Origin: a virus
Lineage: Duplodnaviria; Caudoviricetes
IMG/VR virus record: IMGVR_UViG_3300033513_000026
Span: 1-39,832 of that record
Strand: one strand, 5' to 3'
DNA: 39,832 nucleotides
Within the stretch, counting starts at the first letter, position 1. Each line of letters starts with the position of its first letter. Under the pieces are notes generated by a model, which ran no database searches, was not told where the DNA came from, and saw only the letters and a list, made by a program, of their open reading frames with translations. Shown piece by piece: positions 1 to 9,136 of the stretch. The translations under genes and the position numbers were made by a program.

Positions 1-127
1 ATGGAATTGTGCAAGCAAATAAACCAATCCTTAGCCTCGCCAAGCTAGAAGAATACGAATTCGCCATTGCCATCGTAGAGGGTAAGCCGGTGTTTCGTGG
101 CGATAAGGTGTATGATACTACTACCGG
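1..127. repeat. Terminal direct repeat, left copy (circular assembly overlap)
   Basis: Bases 1-127 are identical to 39706-39832, and an ORF starting at 39594 reads through the junction in frame. Confidence 0.95.
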
Positions 128-350
128 AGTCGAGTTTATCGCTGGGGAACACCCTTCCTCTATGTACCGGGCAACATGGAATCCTCCCCGCCGAACCATC
201 ACAATAAACGGGGAGGAATTGCCTGCCCCGGATGGTGGAAATTTCACAATGAACATTATTTTCCACGGCTGGAAACGTTCCGAAGATCGAGACGCCGCAC
301 AAGCTGCAATTTTAAGGGCGCTTGATGGTATTGCTACCCTTTTGCGTTAA
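9..350 (+). CDS. Hypothetical phage protein, 3' part (true start at 39594 across the circular junction, ~153 aa)
   Basis: The ATG at 39594 with an AGGAGA RBS is in frame with this ORF through the terminal repeat. Confidence 0.75.
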   Translation: MQANKPILSLAKLEEYEFAIAIVEGKPVFRGDKVYDTTTGVEFIAGEHPSSMYRATWNPPRRTITINGEELPAPDGGNFTMNIIFHGWKRSEDRDAAQAAILRALDGIATLLR

Positions 351-819
351 TCTGCCCTATCTCTCCTTGCTGCCATGCCTTAACCCCTAAAATCGCCGCA
401 ATCATCAGCCATACAGTCGGATCAATCAGCGGAACAGGGACTTTAAGAATTGGCAGCAAGATATAGATAGATGCAACCATCAGCAGAGCAAACGAAGATT
501 CAAAGGCATGATGATTCCTTTGCCACCAGCTTTCACCTTTAGCCTCTTCCTGTAGAGTTTGGTTTACCGATTGAACCTGACTCGCCGCTGCCGTAAGTTG
601 CGCAATCTGGACTTTTGCCTCGATGTCTTTAAGCTTCACCGCCGCGTCAGGATCGCTTACAAGCGCCTGTTGAACGTCAGTAGGGGTGTTACCACATCCC
701 AATGCGGATGCAATCATTCCGCCCACTTTAATGACCTGTCCTGCTGGCGTTGCGGCTAACAATGTCCCCAATATCGGGGAGGCTTTCGCTACATCCTGCG
801 CTATTTCTTTCCAGTCCAT
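334..819 (-). CDS. Holin (3TM/GTA-type, DUF3154-like)
   Basis: N-terminal 'PILGTLLAATPAG..GGMIASALG', a coiled middle, 'SWWQRN' then two hydrophobic helices; last gene of the late operon, next to a peptidoglycan enzyme. Confidence 0.7.
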   Translation of the reverse strand: MDWKEIAQDVAKASPILGTLLAATPAGQVIKVGGMIASALGCGNTPTDVQQALVSDPDAAVKLKDIEAKVQIAQLTAAASQVQSVNQTLQEEAKGESWWQRNHHAFESSFALLMVASIYILLPILKVPVPLIDPTVWLMIAAILGVKAWQQGEIGQINAKG

Positions 820-1205
820 GAATCACTCACTTTCACCTGAATTGTCCTGTCAGTAGAGGAATAAACCTCTTCCCTGACGGGTCTAGGCATGATTATACAG
901 CCCTCCGAGGCATGTCCTGGGATCGCGGTATCCCCATGCATGTAGAAATGACCTCTACCGAACATTTCATTCTCTTTGTCAGGAATTAGAGGGATTGCGA
1001 ACGGCCCCAGCTTAGACTCCATTACCACTTCGCCAAATGTGTAAAGACCTATAGGAAGAGGGCCGACATTCCATACGGATTGCATCAATGGATTGTTAAT
1101 CCCTTCTGGATTCTTTCCTTCATTCCCCCCGGCATATCCTTTTGCAAAAAAACTCCCATCAGGGCGGTAAAGTTTTCCGGTATCACTCTCGAATGTCCAA
1201 CTCAT
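801..1205 (-). CDS. Tlde1/DUF2778-like L,D-transpeptidase-fold protein, putative endolysin
   Basis: Motifs GYAG..NNP..Q..GPLPIGLY and RGHFYMHG-x7-ASEGCI (His...SxGC catalytic signature of the YkuD/Tlde1 fold); adjacent to the holin. Confidence 0.8.
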   Translation of the reverse strand: MSWTFESDTGKLYRPDGSFFAKGYAGGNEGKNPEGINNPLMQSVWNVGPLPIGLYTFGEVVMESKLGPFAIPLIPDKENEMFGRGHFYMHGDTAIPGHASEGCIIMPRPVREEVYSSTDRTIQVKVSDSWTGKK

Positions 1206-1215
1206 TTTTTCATCC

Positions 1216-1386
1216 TCAAGCGTAAGTGAGTTTTTGCGGTTTCTTCTGTTTCTTTGGCTTTGCCCGCTTCATTTTTTCGATCATCATGTCGTTTTTCATC
1301 TTACCACGTTCCATGAGGCGGCGATTGATTCCATCTCCTTTTTGCATGTCTCGGGCTGTTTCCAGTTTGCTTTTCGTTTTTGCCAT
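1216..1386 (-). CDS. Small Lys-rich hypothetical protein (56 aa; below the ORF-track cutoff)
   Basis: Manual translation MAKTKSKLETARDMQKGDG...KPKKQKKPQKLTYA*; the start overlaps the upstream stop (TAATG). Confidence 0.55.
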   Translation of the reverse strand: MAKTKSKLETARDMQKGDGINRRLMERGKMKNDMMIEKMKRAKPKKQKKPQKLTYA

Positions 1387-1709
1387 TATTGCCTCCGGTC
1401 TTCAATCTTGGTTAGCCTACGGTCCACATCGTTTATCTTCTGCTGCATCAGGGCAGAATCCTTTTGCGCGTCAGATTTTGTGTATTTGTCTGCATTCAAC
1501 GATGCTACTTGAAGAGACAAATCATCTAGCTTAGTGGTTACGGTAGCCTGGAAGCCAGCAGCCCACCACACAGCGCCGAAGGTTTGAATTATCATCATTG
1601 CTATAAGCGCGATAGGGATTTCTTTACCTACGTGCCATTTGTCATTTGTTGATTTGCTGTCAAAATCTTCAAGCATAATTACGATCCTATTCCGTTTAAG
1701 ATTAAACAC
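1386..1709 (-). CDS. Single-TM plus coiled-coil membrane protein (lysis-associated?)
   Basis: Hydrophobic IPIALIAMMIIQTFGAVWWAAG followed by a heptad-like C-terminus; lies between the tail fibre and lysis genes. Confidence 0.55.
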   Translation of the reverse strand: MFNLKRNRIVIMLEDFDSKSTNDKWHVGKEIPIALIAMMIIQTFGAVWWAAGFQATVTTKLDDLSLQVASLNADKYTKSDAQKDSALMQQKINDVDRRLTKIEDRRQ

Positions 1710-1713
1710 CAGT

Positions 1714-3609
1714 TCATGCGTATTCCTCTACAATTACATAGCCTACTGAGGCCGCTCCGGGTGATCCTCCACTAACTGTTCCTGCGCCAGTAGAATATCC
1801 TCCACTTCCACCACCTCCCCCGCCGCCATTAGAGCCCGCAGTTCCTGCATTTCCGATTGTGGATGAAGACGCTCCTCCATTCCCCGCACCTTCGCTTCCT
1901 CCTGCTCCTCCATTCCCCGAAGAGGTGCCCGATCCGGGAGACCCTGATATACCCGGATGCCCTGAAATTTGTATATCGCCGCCCGTACCTGTTCCACCAT
2001 TGCCGCCCAATCCCCCACTATACGTGGTCGCTGTTGTCGCTGGCGGTGCTGCTGATCCCGCACTCCCGGCGGTTGCGGAAATCAATGATCCAAAGGATGA
2101 TGTTCCGCCTGATGCGAGAGTTATAGTTTCGGAATTTATTAATGACGCATCAAACATTCCTTTTGCATATCCGCCACCGCCACCACCGCCGCCGCCGCCC
2201 CCACTTGACCCGGCACCGCCAGACGATGTTCCGCCGCCACCGCCAACGCCACCACCGCCTTTCACGGTTACGTTGATTGCGGTAGTCTGCGCAGACTTAA
2301 TCCAAGTAAATGTGCCAGCAGTTGTATATACTGAACGTTTCAGCAATGTACCGGACATTTTCCCGGTGAATGTCTGAGGCTTGCCGTAACTGTACGCTTG
2401 TGTAGCCGTTATATTTCCGCCTGATGTTGTAGCGGTTCCTATCACGACAAGCGGCGTTTCTACAGCACTCACACCGTTACCTAGATACGTCTCCCCAAGC
2501 GTTACGTTTATCGTAATCTGCCCGGATACAACGGATGGAGTTGTTACACTTCCATAAACAATAACAGGAGCTAGTGCGGTAAATGCCGGAGTTAACACAC
2601 CAGCCGCCAGTGTGCAGTATAGGTAAAGAGTGGAGTTGTTTGTTAGTGCAGTCCAAGTGAGTTGAGTAGTGGTCAATCCTACGGAGTTTATTTCACCGTA
2701 CAGGCTATCGTTCCCGGAGTACGCAGTTATAACAAGAGGGTTCTGAATACCAGCCCATGCTGTTTGCGTTCCGGTGCCCGCTGTTGAGAAAGCAATAGCT
2801 GACCCTCCCGGCGTGGCTGATACGTTAAATGCGTTTGTAACCGGAGATAATACATAGTACGTAACCCCGGCTGTCAATGCTGCTGGCAATCCGCCGCCCG
2901 CGTTGGTGAATGAGATAGCTTGATTCGCTACCAGCGTGTGACCTGTCCAGTTCACCACGCCCGGAGTCGCGGCGGTAAAGGTAACGGTCGCAGTTTGGGT
3001 TGTTTCCGCCGCTGCTATATTCTGAGTTGTCAGATTCAACCCGGTAACAGATTGTGGAAGGAAAGACGGCATTCCAGAAATATCTGTCGGGCCTATCAAC
3101 ACTGTATTTCTTCGAGAGGTAATCGCTTGAGCCGAACCCTGATAATATGACATGGAATAATATCCATTTGCCGCAGTGTTTGTTTTGTAAATGATCCCCT
3201 GAGATGGTTGTAGAGAAAACGTGCCGTTAACAACGCTGTCGAGCGTGTCTGTAGCGGTTTGGAGATTGATGTTAACAACACCTGTCCCGTTGTTCTTGAT
3301 ATGGACGATAAACCCAGAACCTACTACGGAAGCGGTAGGAAGGGTTTCGGTTATAGCAGCGGTTACTTCAATCGTCCGCATGTGATCTGATGCGGAAGCG
3401 GTGTCATTAACCGCTACAGTTCTACTTGAAAAGTCTAGAGCGTTTAGAAGTGCCGAATTGATACCTTGGGCAAGATTAAGAAGAGGGTCGCCAATCTTGG
3501 TCTTGTGGTTAGACCATTTGACAAGGTTATTAGCGCCAGTGCTTCCATCGTCAGGAGGAGGACTAGCATTGTAACCGGAGACAAGTTGCGTTGTGTATTT
3601 CGCGCCCAT
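1714..3609 (-). CDS. Tail fibre / receptor-binding protein with C-terminal glycine-rich domain
   Basis: 631 aa, T/A/G/S-rich beta composition; C-terminal 'YTTAGTFTW..VTVKGGGG...GYVIVEEYA' Gly-rich module typical of phage fibres. Confidence 0.8.
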   Translation of the reverse strand: MGAKYTTQLVSGYNASPPPDDGSTGANNLVKWSNHKTKIGDPLLNLAQGINSALLNALDFSSRTVAVNDTASASDHMRTIEVTAAITETLPTASVVGSGFIVHIKNNGTGVVNINLQTATDTLDSVVNGTFSLQPSQGIIYKTNTAANGYYSMSYYQGSAQAITSRRNTVLIGPTDISGMPSFLPQSVTGLNLTTQNIAAAETTQTATVTFTAATPGVVNWTGHTLVANQAISFTNAGGGLPAALTAGVTYYVLSPVTNAFNVSATPGGSAIAFSTAGTGTQTAWAGIQNPLVITAYSGNDSLYGEINSVGLTTTQLTWTALTNNSTLYLYCTLAAGVLTPAFTALAPVIVYGSVTTPSVVSGQITINVTLGETYLGNGVSAVETPLVVIGTATTSGGNITATQAYSYGKPQTFTGKMSGTLLKRSVYTTAGTFTWIKSAQTTAINVTVKGGGGVGGGGGTSSGGAGSSGGGGGGGGGGGYAKGMFDASLINSETITLASGGTSSFGSLISATAGSAGSAAPPATTATTYSGGLGGNGGTGTGGDIQISGHPGISGSPGSGTSSGNGGAGGSEGAGNGGASSSTIGNAGTAGSNGGGGGGGSGGYSTGAGTVSGGSPGAASVGYVIVEEYA

Positions 3610-3618
3610 ATTTAACCT

Positions 3619-4926
3619 CTATTCGTATTCCATTTCTGTCGCTATTCCTACTTCGTGAAGAGTAGGAAGGTCGTCTTCTAATTTCTCGCCAACGTCATCG
3701 CGGCAAATTTTGTTCGGTATCCCGATGTACTTTGCAATTTCGTAAGTTTTCTTCGCCGCATCGCTCACGGTTTTACCTGTGTTTGCTACTACCATCACGT
3801 ACTCGCCCGAGGTCTCATATTCTGTTTTCTTGCCTTTTCTAACATCGCAAAAATGCAAGTGGTCTATGTTCTCTTCGTTTACTCCCAAGATCGGAATTCC
3901 TTGTGCATCTTGGTTTACATGAGTAGTGTAGGGGAAATTTGGTTGGGCTACCACCACTCCCATACATACATCGGTAGACACTTGTAACGTGTCCTCTCCA
4001 TCTATGCAATCAAGCATCCACTGTGCTGGGTCGCCTTTGTGGGTTTCCTGAACCAACAACCAATGCGGCCAGCCTGCTCTAGCAGTGTATTCCAAGAAAC
4101 CTATTTTACCCTTTTTGTTGACAATACAGTTAACCGCTATATCTCCTACGTAGTTTACTGCGTGAAGATATTCCTCGATTGGTTTCAGCATCTCGTCAAA
4201 GATTTTCGACTCTTTGACGTACTGAACTACAGTCCCCATTTCTCCCGTCGCGGGGCCGAAATTGTTAGACATGAGTTTTTTATGCTCAAAGCATATATTA
4301 ATCCACTTCGAGAAACCGCCCGGCCCAAAGAAACACGAAGCTCCCACCTCGATTCCTGGGAAGAACTCTTGCAGTAGAATTTTCCCCTTCATCTTTCCGA
4401 TTCTCTTCCACTTGTCGAAGATATGAATTAGTTCTTCCTCTGCATAGTCTTCATGAGAGGGGACGTGAGTAAGGCTTTTGTCCGCTTCCGTTCCAAGAGT
4501 TTTAACGACATACATCCCGCCGTTTTTCTTGATGTAGTCTTGAGCGGAATTGAGATTATCTACCTCGACATACGGAATCATCTCGATCCCTTTTCGCTCT
4601 AGCAACTGCATAGCAAATTTACGGTCTATCTCAAGCTTACAACCTAGAGTCCCCGCGCCGAAAATCGGAAACCCTTCCTCGATAAGCTTGTCTCTCTCGC
4701 TGAGGAAGTGAGCATTGCCCGTTGGGAAAATTAGATCTGCCCACTTCAACGACGGATGATAGTCGGAGACCTTGGGAACAAGCCCCAACCCTGCCGTGTT
4801 GATTCCTCCGGGCGGGTTTTTGTTGAACATACGGACGTTATGCCCGTAATTCTGGCAACGTAGTGCGAAGTCCGTACCGCATCCGCCTTCAGAGTCAATT
4901 ATCAGGATATTCAATCTACACCCCAC
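3619..4926 (-). CDS. PurD (phosphoribosylamine-glycine ligase)-like ATP-grasp enzyme; probable TTG start at 4914
   Basis: Motifs IFGA..KLEIDRKFA, YVVK, LLQEFFPGIE, FEHKKL..GPATGEMGT and LEYTARAGWP parallel the PurD motifs GPNTGGMG and LEFNARFGDP. Confidence 0.8.
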   Translation of the reverse strand: MGCRLNILIIDSEGGCGTDFALRCQNYGHNVRMFNKNPPGGINTAGLGLVPKVSDYHPSLKWADLIFPTGNAHFLSERDKLIEEGFPIFGAGTLGCKLEIDRKFAMQLLERKGIEMIPYVEVDNLNSAQDYIKKNGGMYVVKTLGTEADKSLTHVPSHEDYAEEELIHIFDKWKRIGKMKGKILLQEFFPGIEVGASCFFGPGGFSKWINICFEHKKLMSNNFGPATGEMGTVVQYVKESKIFDEMLKPIEEYLHAVNYVGDIAVNCIVNKKGKIGFLEYTARAGWPHWLLVQETHKGDPAQWMLDCIDGEDTLQVSTDVCMGVVVAQPNFPYTTHVNQDAQGIPILGVNEENIDHLHFCDVRKGKKTEYETSGEYVMVVANTGKTVSDAAKKTYEIAKYIGIPNKICRDDVGEKLEDDLPTLHEVGIATEMEYE

Positions 4927-5255
4927 TCATGGGCAATGAGATTTTCTACCAGCATAGCAAACATATGCTCTTTTCGATATGGGGCGTCTTTATGTTCTCC
5001 GGGTTCTTCTAGATGCTGACCAACTCCCATATCAAACTCGTCCACTTGATCTTGATTGATCCCGTTTTTGTCACACGAGAGCGCCTCGATAAGCTCATGC
5101 AACGCTACGAGATAGTGCTCTTCTTTTTTCGCAAATTCTGGATGATCTATAGATACGCGGATTACCAAGTCTCCGTTGTGATCGTAAAACCAATCTCCAG
5201 CGGTGTCGTACCTTTGGAATTTGTGCTGGATGAACTCAATCCTGATGTTATGCAT
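4911..5255 (-). CDS. Hypothetical protein with HExxE metal-binding motif (114 aa from MHNIRIEF)
   Basis: 'RYDTAGDW', 'VALHELIEA' and 'APYRKEH'; translationally coupled to both neighbours. Confidence 0.65.
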   Translation of the reverse strand: MHNIRIEFIQHKFQRYDTAGDWFYDHNGDLVIRVSIDHPEFAKKEEHYLVALHELIEALSCDKNGINQDQVDEFDMGVGQHLEEPGEHKDAPYRKEHMFAMLVENLIAHEWGVD

Positions 5256-6657
5256 TCTCTTTTCTCTTCTTCTTTCTCTCTTCCCTTGCGGTTTCAGCAG
5301 GAGCCAATGGAGCCACAACACGGGTAGTTGTCTCTGCGCCTGATTCAAGGTTTTTAGACGCCGCGTTCATGGTTCTAGCCAAAAGTGATTTGAACACAGC
5401 CGATTTATCCGCCATAAATGCAGCCCATGCCGCTGGGTTGTGAGCTAATACAGAAAGGCCCAACGGGTTTTTGTTTGCGTCCATCAACGCCCGTCTCTCC
5501 ACAACCGAGAGTGTTTTTAGAAGCTTCGATTCTTCTGCATTCAGCCCCCTTATAGACGGCACTTTCTCTGCTATTTGTTCTTTAATTCCGCGAGCAATAG
5601 ATTTCTGTGCTTCGGTTTCTGCGCTTCCAATTTGCCCATACTTTTTGCTCAACTGTCTGTAAGTTCCCTGTTTCAATTCTTGCGCCAAAGGAACAGGAAT
5701 ATCTCTACCTTGTATAAGAGGATGGTTTTTGAACTCTGCCCATGTTTTCTTGATCTGCGCAACATCTGCTTGTGGAGTTACTTGATTTCTGAACTCCCTC
5801 AGTTTTTCAACCACGGGACGGGCGATTTTTGCAGTAGTTACTCGCTCTGGAGAGTTGGCTATTTCCTGACCGATTTGCTTGTTCAAATCGTCAATTCTGG
5901 AACGGATTTGCTCTACACCCTTAGCTGTTGGGCTTAGACCCTTTTCTAGCATAGTATCTATTGCCACCGCTGCTTTACCGTTTTTCAGGTCATGCAAAGT
6001 TGGTTTTAATGCGCTTTGCATGGTAGATTCCGCAGCATTTCTGAGAGAGGTTGCCGCGGCCCTAGCGGGGATTCTTGCCAATGGCGCACCCTTTGCACCT
6101 AAAATAGAAACAGCGGCAGGGATAGCTTCCCTAATGGCGTTTATCGTCATGCCCTCAGGTGTTGAAGAGTCTATTGGCTTGTCGGGTCTGATTGCATCAA
6201 TAGCCTTCCCAATCGCGGCAGGAAGGGCGTTTAATGGATTCCATTCTGATTTGCCGGCCTCGGTTTTTGGAGAGTAGGTCATCAAATCCTGAAACCGTTG
6301 CTGTACTTCTTCCGGTGTCTTATCAGTCAATCCATAAGCGTGCAAAGGGATAGCTAGTAGTCCTGCAACATCTCCTGCTCCTTTTGCTACTGTTCCGGTA
6401 GCAGCTTTAAGAACCGGCTCAACTACCGCAGGCCCGCTTATTCCTGAAATTGCCTCAAGCGTCTTGTTTTGTTGCGGTGCTTGTTGTGGCTGAACGGGTT
6501 GCTCAGGTTGCGCCTGAGGGAATCCTGGTTGCGGTTGCTTGGACAATGTTTCCCAATTGTCCTGAGCGTATTTTATTGCTTGTTCTTCGGTAGCGCCTTC
6601 CGGGGCGGTAACTTCTACCGTCCTGCCATCTGGAGATGTAACGTGGAAAATCGGCAT
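5248..6657 (-). CDS. Internal virion / DNA ejection protein
   Basis: N-terminal 'FHVTSPDGRTVEVTAPEGATEEQA' motif common in podophage ejection proteins; helical and Ala-rich; follows the tail genes. Confidence 0.6.
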   Translation of the reverse strand: MPIFHVTSPDGRTVEVTAPEGATEEQAIKYAQDNWETLSKQPQPGFPQAQPEQPVQPQQAPQQNKTLEAISGISGPAVVEPVLKAATGTVAKGAGDVAGLLAIPLHAYGLTDKTPEEVQQRFQDLMTYSPKTEAGKSEWNPLNALPAAIGKAIDAIRPDKPIDSSTPEGMTINAIREAIPAAVSILGAKGAPLARIPARAAATSLRNAAESTMQSALKPTLHDLKNGKAAVAIDTMLEKGLSPTAKGVEQIRSRIDDLNKQIGQEIANSPERVTTAKIARPVVEKLREFRNQVTPQADVAQIKKTWAEFKNHPLIQGRDIPVPLAQELKQGTYRQLSKKYGQIGSAETEAQKSIARGIKEQIAEKVPSIRGLNAEESKLLKTLSVVERRALMDANKNPLGLSVLAHNPAAWAAFMADKSAVFKSLLARTMNAASKNLESGAETTTRVVAPLAPAETAREERKKKRKENA

Positions 6658-7847
6658 TATTTAACGATCCTTGCAGACCAGCCAGAGGTAGAGGAAGGAG
6701 GAGGAGAAATTTCCTCCCTGACTTGTTTTCTCGCTTCTCTCGGAGCGGCTCTAGCGGCTTCCATTTCCTGTTTCATTGTTTCAATAACCGCTTGCACTTG
6801 TTCGGGAGAATCAGCCGCGTCCAGTAATTCTCTGGCGTGTTCTTTGTCGCTAACCGTAGCCGCTCCAGTAGGGCTTACTGCTCTTGAATAGGCATTTACC
6901 AGTGAGTTAAGCGCAGCACCATACGCTTTGATCTTCGGGTCGCCAGTGTTTCTATTATAGGCATTGATTGCCTTATTCGCGGGGATGAAGTCAGTCGGAC
7001 CTACCGCTTTCATCTTGTCTAGTGTTATGTCCATCATCTTCAATGCCTCGTTAGAAGCCATTGAAACAGTAGCCGCACGGGTTCCCATTGCTCTCTCTTG
7101 CGCGCCCAATCCTTTAAGTTCAGTTTGAGCTGCCAGAATAGCTTCTGCACTTGTTTTGCCTTCCGCTTTATCTTTAGAAAGCATCTCTAAAACCGCCCTA
7201 ACGTCACCGGGGGCTAATCTTTGCCTCCACGTTGTATCTCCTGCTTTTGCCTGATCGGCAAGCAACCTAAGCGTGTTCTGAGGAAGGGTACTTGGCGCAG
7301 TCCAGAACGAACCCATTCCTCCACCTTTAACTACTCCTTTTACGCCAGTCTTTTTAGCTTCCGGTGCTCCTACTGTTGGCATTTGAATCTCTACCCAATT
7401 CCCTTGTGCATCCTGCACCGTCTTGGTTTGCGGTTTGGTCAAAGCCGTTACTGCCTCTCCTGCTTTACCTACTTGGCTTTGCAAAGTCAGGGCTTGAACT
7501 CGCGCTTGTTCGGGCGTTATCTCACCTTTTTGCAATTGTTCCAGAATAGGAGTCATACCAGCGCGAAGTTGTTTTTCTCTTGCGTCGGCTTCTATTCTAT
7601 CTTTTGCAGCTTGCAGACGTTCCTGCGTCATTGCACTTTGACCTGTGGGCATTGCTCCCAATTTACGTAGCGCGTCATTACCCGCTGTTGGGTCAATCGC
7701 TCCCGATTGGATTCCCGCTGATATTTGGTCGATTTTATATTGGCGGTTTTGGGATTCTTGACGCACAATGTCTGACATTGTTTGAGGTGCAAAAGCAGTC
7801 CCCAAAGCTCCCGTCACTCCTCTTAGGATATCGGTAAAATCAACCAT
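6657..7847 (-). CDS. Internal virion / DNA ejection protein
   Basis: 396 aa, A/Q/K-rich helical protein in the ejection-protein position. Confidence 0.55.
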   Translation of the reverse strand: MVDFTDILRGVTGALGTAFAPQTMSDIVRQESQNRQYKIDQISAGIQSGAIDPTAGNDALRKLGAMPTGQSAMTQERLQAAKDRIEADAREKQLRAGMTPILEQLQKGEITPEQARVQALTLQSQVGKAGEAVTALTKPQTKTVQDAQGNWVEIQMPTVGAPEAKKTGVKGVVKGGGMGSFWTAPSTLPQNTLRLLADQAKAGDTTWRQRLAPGDVRAVLEMLSKDKAEGKTSAEAILAAQTELKGLGAQERAMGTRAATVSMASNEALKMMDITLDKMKAVGPTDFIPANKAINAYNRNTGDPKIKAYGAALNSLVNAYSRAVSPTGAATVSDKEHARELLDAADSPEQVQAVIETMKQEMEAARAAPREARKQVREEISPPPSSTSGWSARIVK

Positions 7848-7849
7848 TG

Positions 7850-8386
7850 TTAACCTCCTGACGGCCCCATCGCACCTCTAATTCCGCCCATCAATTGCCC
7901 AAACAATCCAGCGTTCGCAAGTTGGTTTCGAGCCTGCAATCCTGCCGCGTCAATGTTGTATCCCATATTCCGACCAATTATGCCGCTTTCGTAACCTCCC
8001 AATGCCCCATAACCGCCCAGAATGTCTCCAATAAGGTTAGATTGCATTCCATAGGATTGTTGGAGCGCCCTCGAACGTGCGTCTTCTACGTTCCGGTTAG
8101 CTTGTTCTATCAACGCGCCAGTAGATTGGTCTGCGAAAGATGAACCCTCTATTCCTCTTTGTGCTTGTTGTTCACGCAACGCGCCATATGCTTGAGCGTT
8201 AGAGGCTATGGTGGGATCGACTACAGACTGAACATACCCGCCTTGTGCTCCACCAATATCTCCTAGAAGATTTCTGTATTGGTCTATAGCTCCTGTCATC
8301 CCCATTGTTACGGTTGGGTCAATATACGCTCTAGGGTCAATTTGACCAGGTGCCCCGCCTTTACCGAAAAGACTCGTTAGGTTCAT
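7850..8386 (-). CDS. Putative ejection/pilot protein
   Basis: G/Q/A-rich with 'AQRGIEGSSFA', resembling P22 gp7-like pilot proteins; position in the operon. Confidence 0.5.
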   Translation of the reverse strand: MNLTSLFGKGGAPGQIDPRAYIDPTVTMGMTGAIDQYRNLLGDIGGAQGGYVQSVVDPTIASNAQAYGALREQQAQRGIEGSSFADQSTGALIEQANRNVEDARSRALQQSYGMQSNLIGDILGGYGALGGYESGIIGRNMGYNIDAAGLQARNQLANAGLFGQLMGGIRGAMGPSGG

Positions 8387-8580
8387 ATCATGCCTCCCGG
8401 TACAAATTGACCGTTTGTTACCTTTCCAACCGTTTTTCCAGTCTCGTCTTTCACTTCGCCTTTATCCGAGACTAGAAACTTCTGCCCCTGTATTACCGTC
8501 ACTCCTTGTGCTACTTGCACTGGCTGACCCATCACGTTTACCGTCCCGGTGAAGCCTTTTACTGGCTTCTCCACGCCCAT
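8383..8580 (-). CDS. Small hypothetical virion-region protein (65 aa from MGVEKPVK)
   Basis: AAGGA RBS before the ATG at 8580; stop overlaps the next start. Confidence 0.5.
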   Translation of the reverse strand: MGVEKPVKGFTGTVNVMGQPVQVAQGVTVIQGQKFLVSDKGEVKDETGKTVGKVTNGQFVPGGMI

Positions 8581-9136
8581 TATCCTTTTTTCCGAGGAGC
8601 GAAAATACGTAGACAGTTCCACGGGGATCACCTCCGGGTATGGTTCCGACAAAATTCAGACCGATGAAACTCTTCATATACTTGAAGAGATTCACCGTGT
8701 TTTCCAGCGATTCGATGATGCATATGCCTACGTCCTTCTGGAAGCTTATCCAGTTTAAAAAACAAACGGTTGTGCGGATTATATTGTATTTTGTTGCCCA
8801 TTTGAAGTATTCCACATGCGGAAGATATTTCCATCCATCACTGTTTGCACCGATGATACAAATCGGCCCTCTTCCGGCCTTCCATTTTTTGTTGTTATCT
8901 TCGACCAAGTAAAGGCACTGATAATTACTGAGCCGTGAACGTATAACAGAGTAGAAAAGCTCCTTGTCCATTTCGGGCATTTCAGGAAATGAACCTTCTT
9001 TGTACGCGGCCCAAAGAATCCACATATCTTCAAGCTCAAACCTTCTAATGAATGGTTTGTCTCCTTTGAACAGTCGCTTTTTTTTCCTTGATCGTTCACT
9101 CGGAATCACATTAGTTCTAGATGATCTACCTGCCAA
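8462..9136 (-). CDS. Hypothetical protein, possibly GNAT-like fold (probable GTG start at 9109)
   Basis: Follows tail tubular B, where podophages often carry an acetyltransferase-like gene; 'IRRFELEDMWIL' resembles a GNAT N-terminus (weak). Confidence 0.45.
   Translation of the reverse strand: MAGRSSRTNVIPSERSRKKKRLFKGDKPFIRRFELEDMWILWAAYKEGSFPEMPEMDKELFYSVIRSRLSNYQCLYLVEDNNKKWKAGRGPICIIGANSDGWKYLPHVEYFKWATKYNIIRTTVCFLNWISFQKDVGICIIESLENTVNLFKYMKSFIGLNFVGTIPGGDPRGTVYVFSLLGKKDNGRGEASKRLHRDGKRDGSASASSTRSDGNTGAEVSSLG

Noticed and set aside
1-127. 127-bp terminal repeat as a biological DTR
   Set aside because: It falls mid-gene and its length equals a common assembler k-mer, so it most likely marks circular assembly only.
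1859-2377. Pro-rich + strand ORF
   Set aside because: Reverse complement of the poly-Gly region of the tail fibre.
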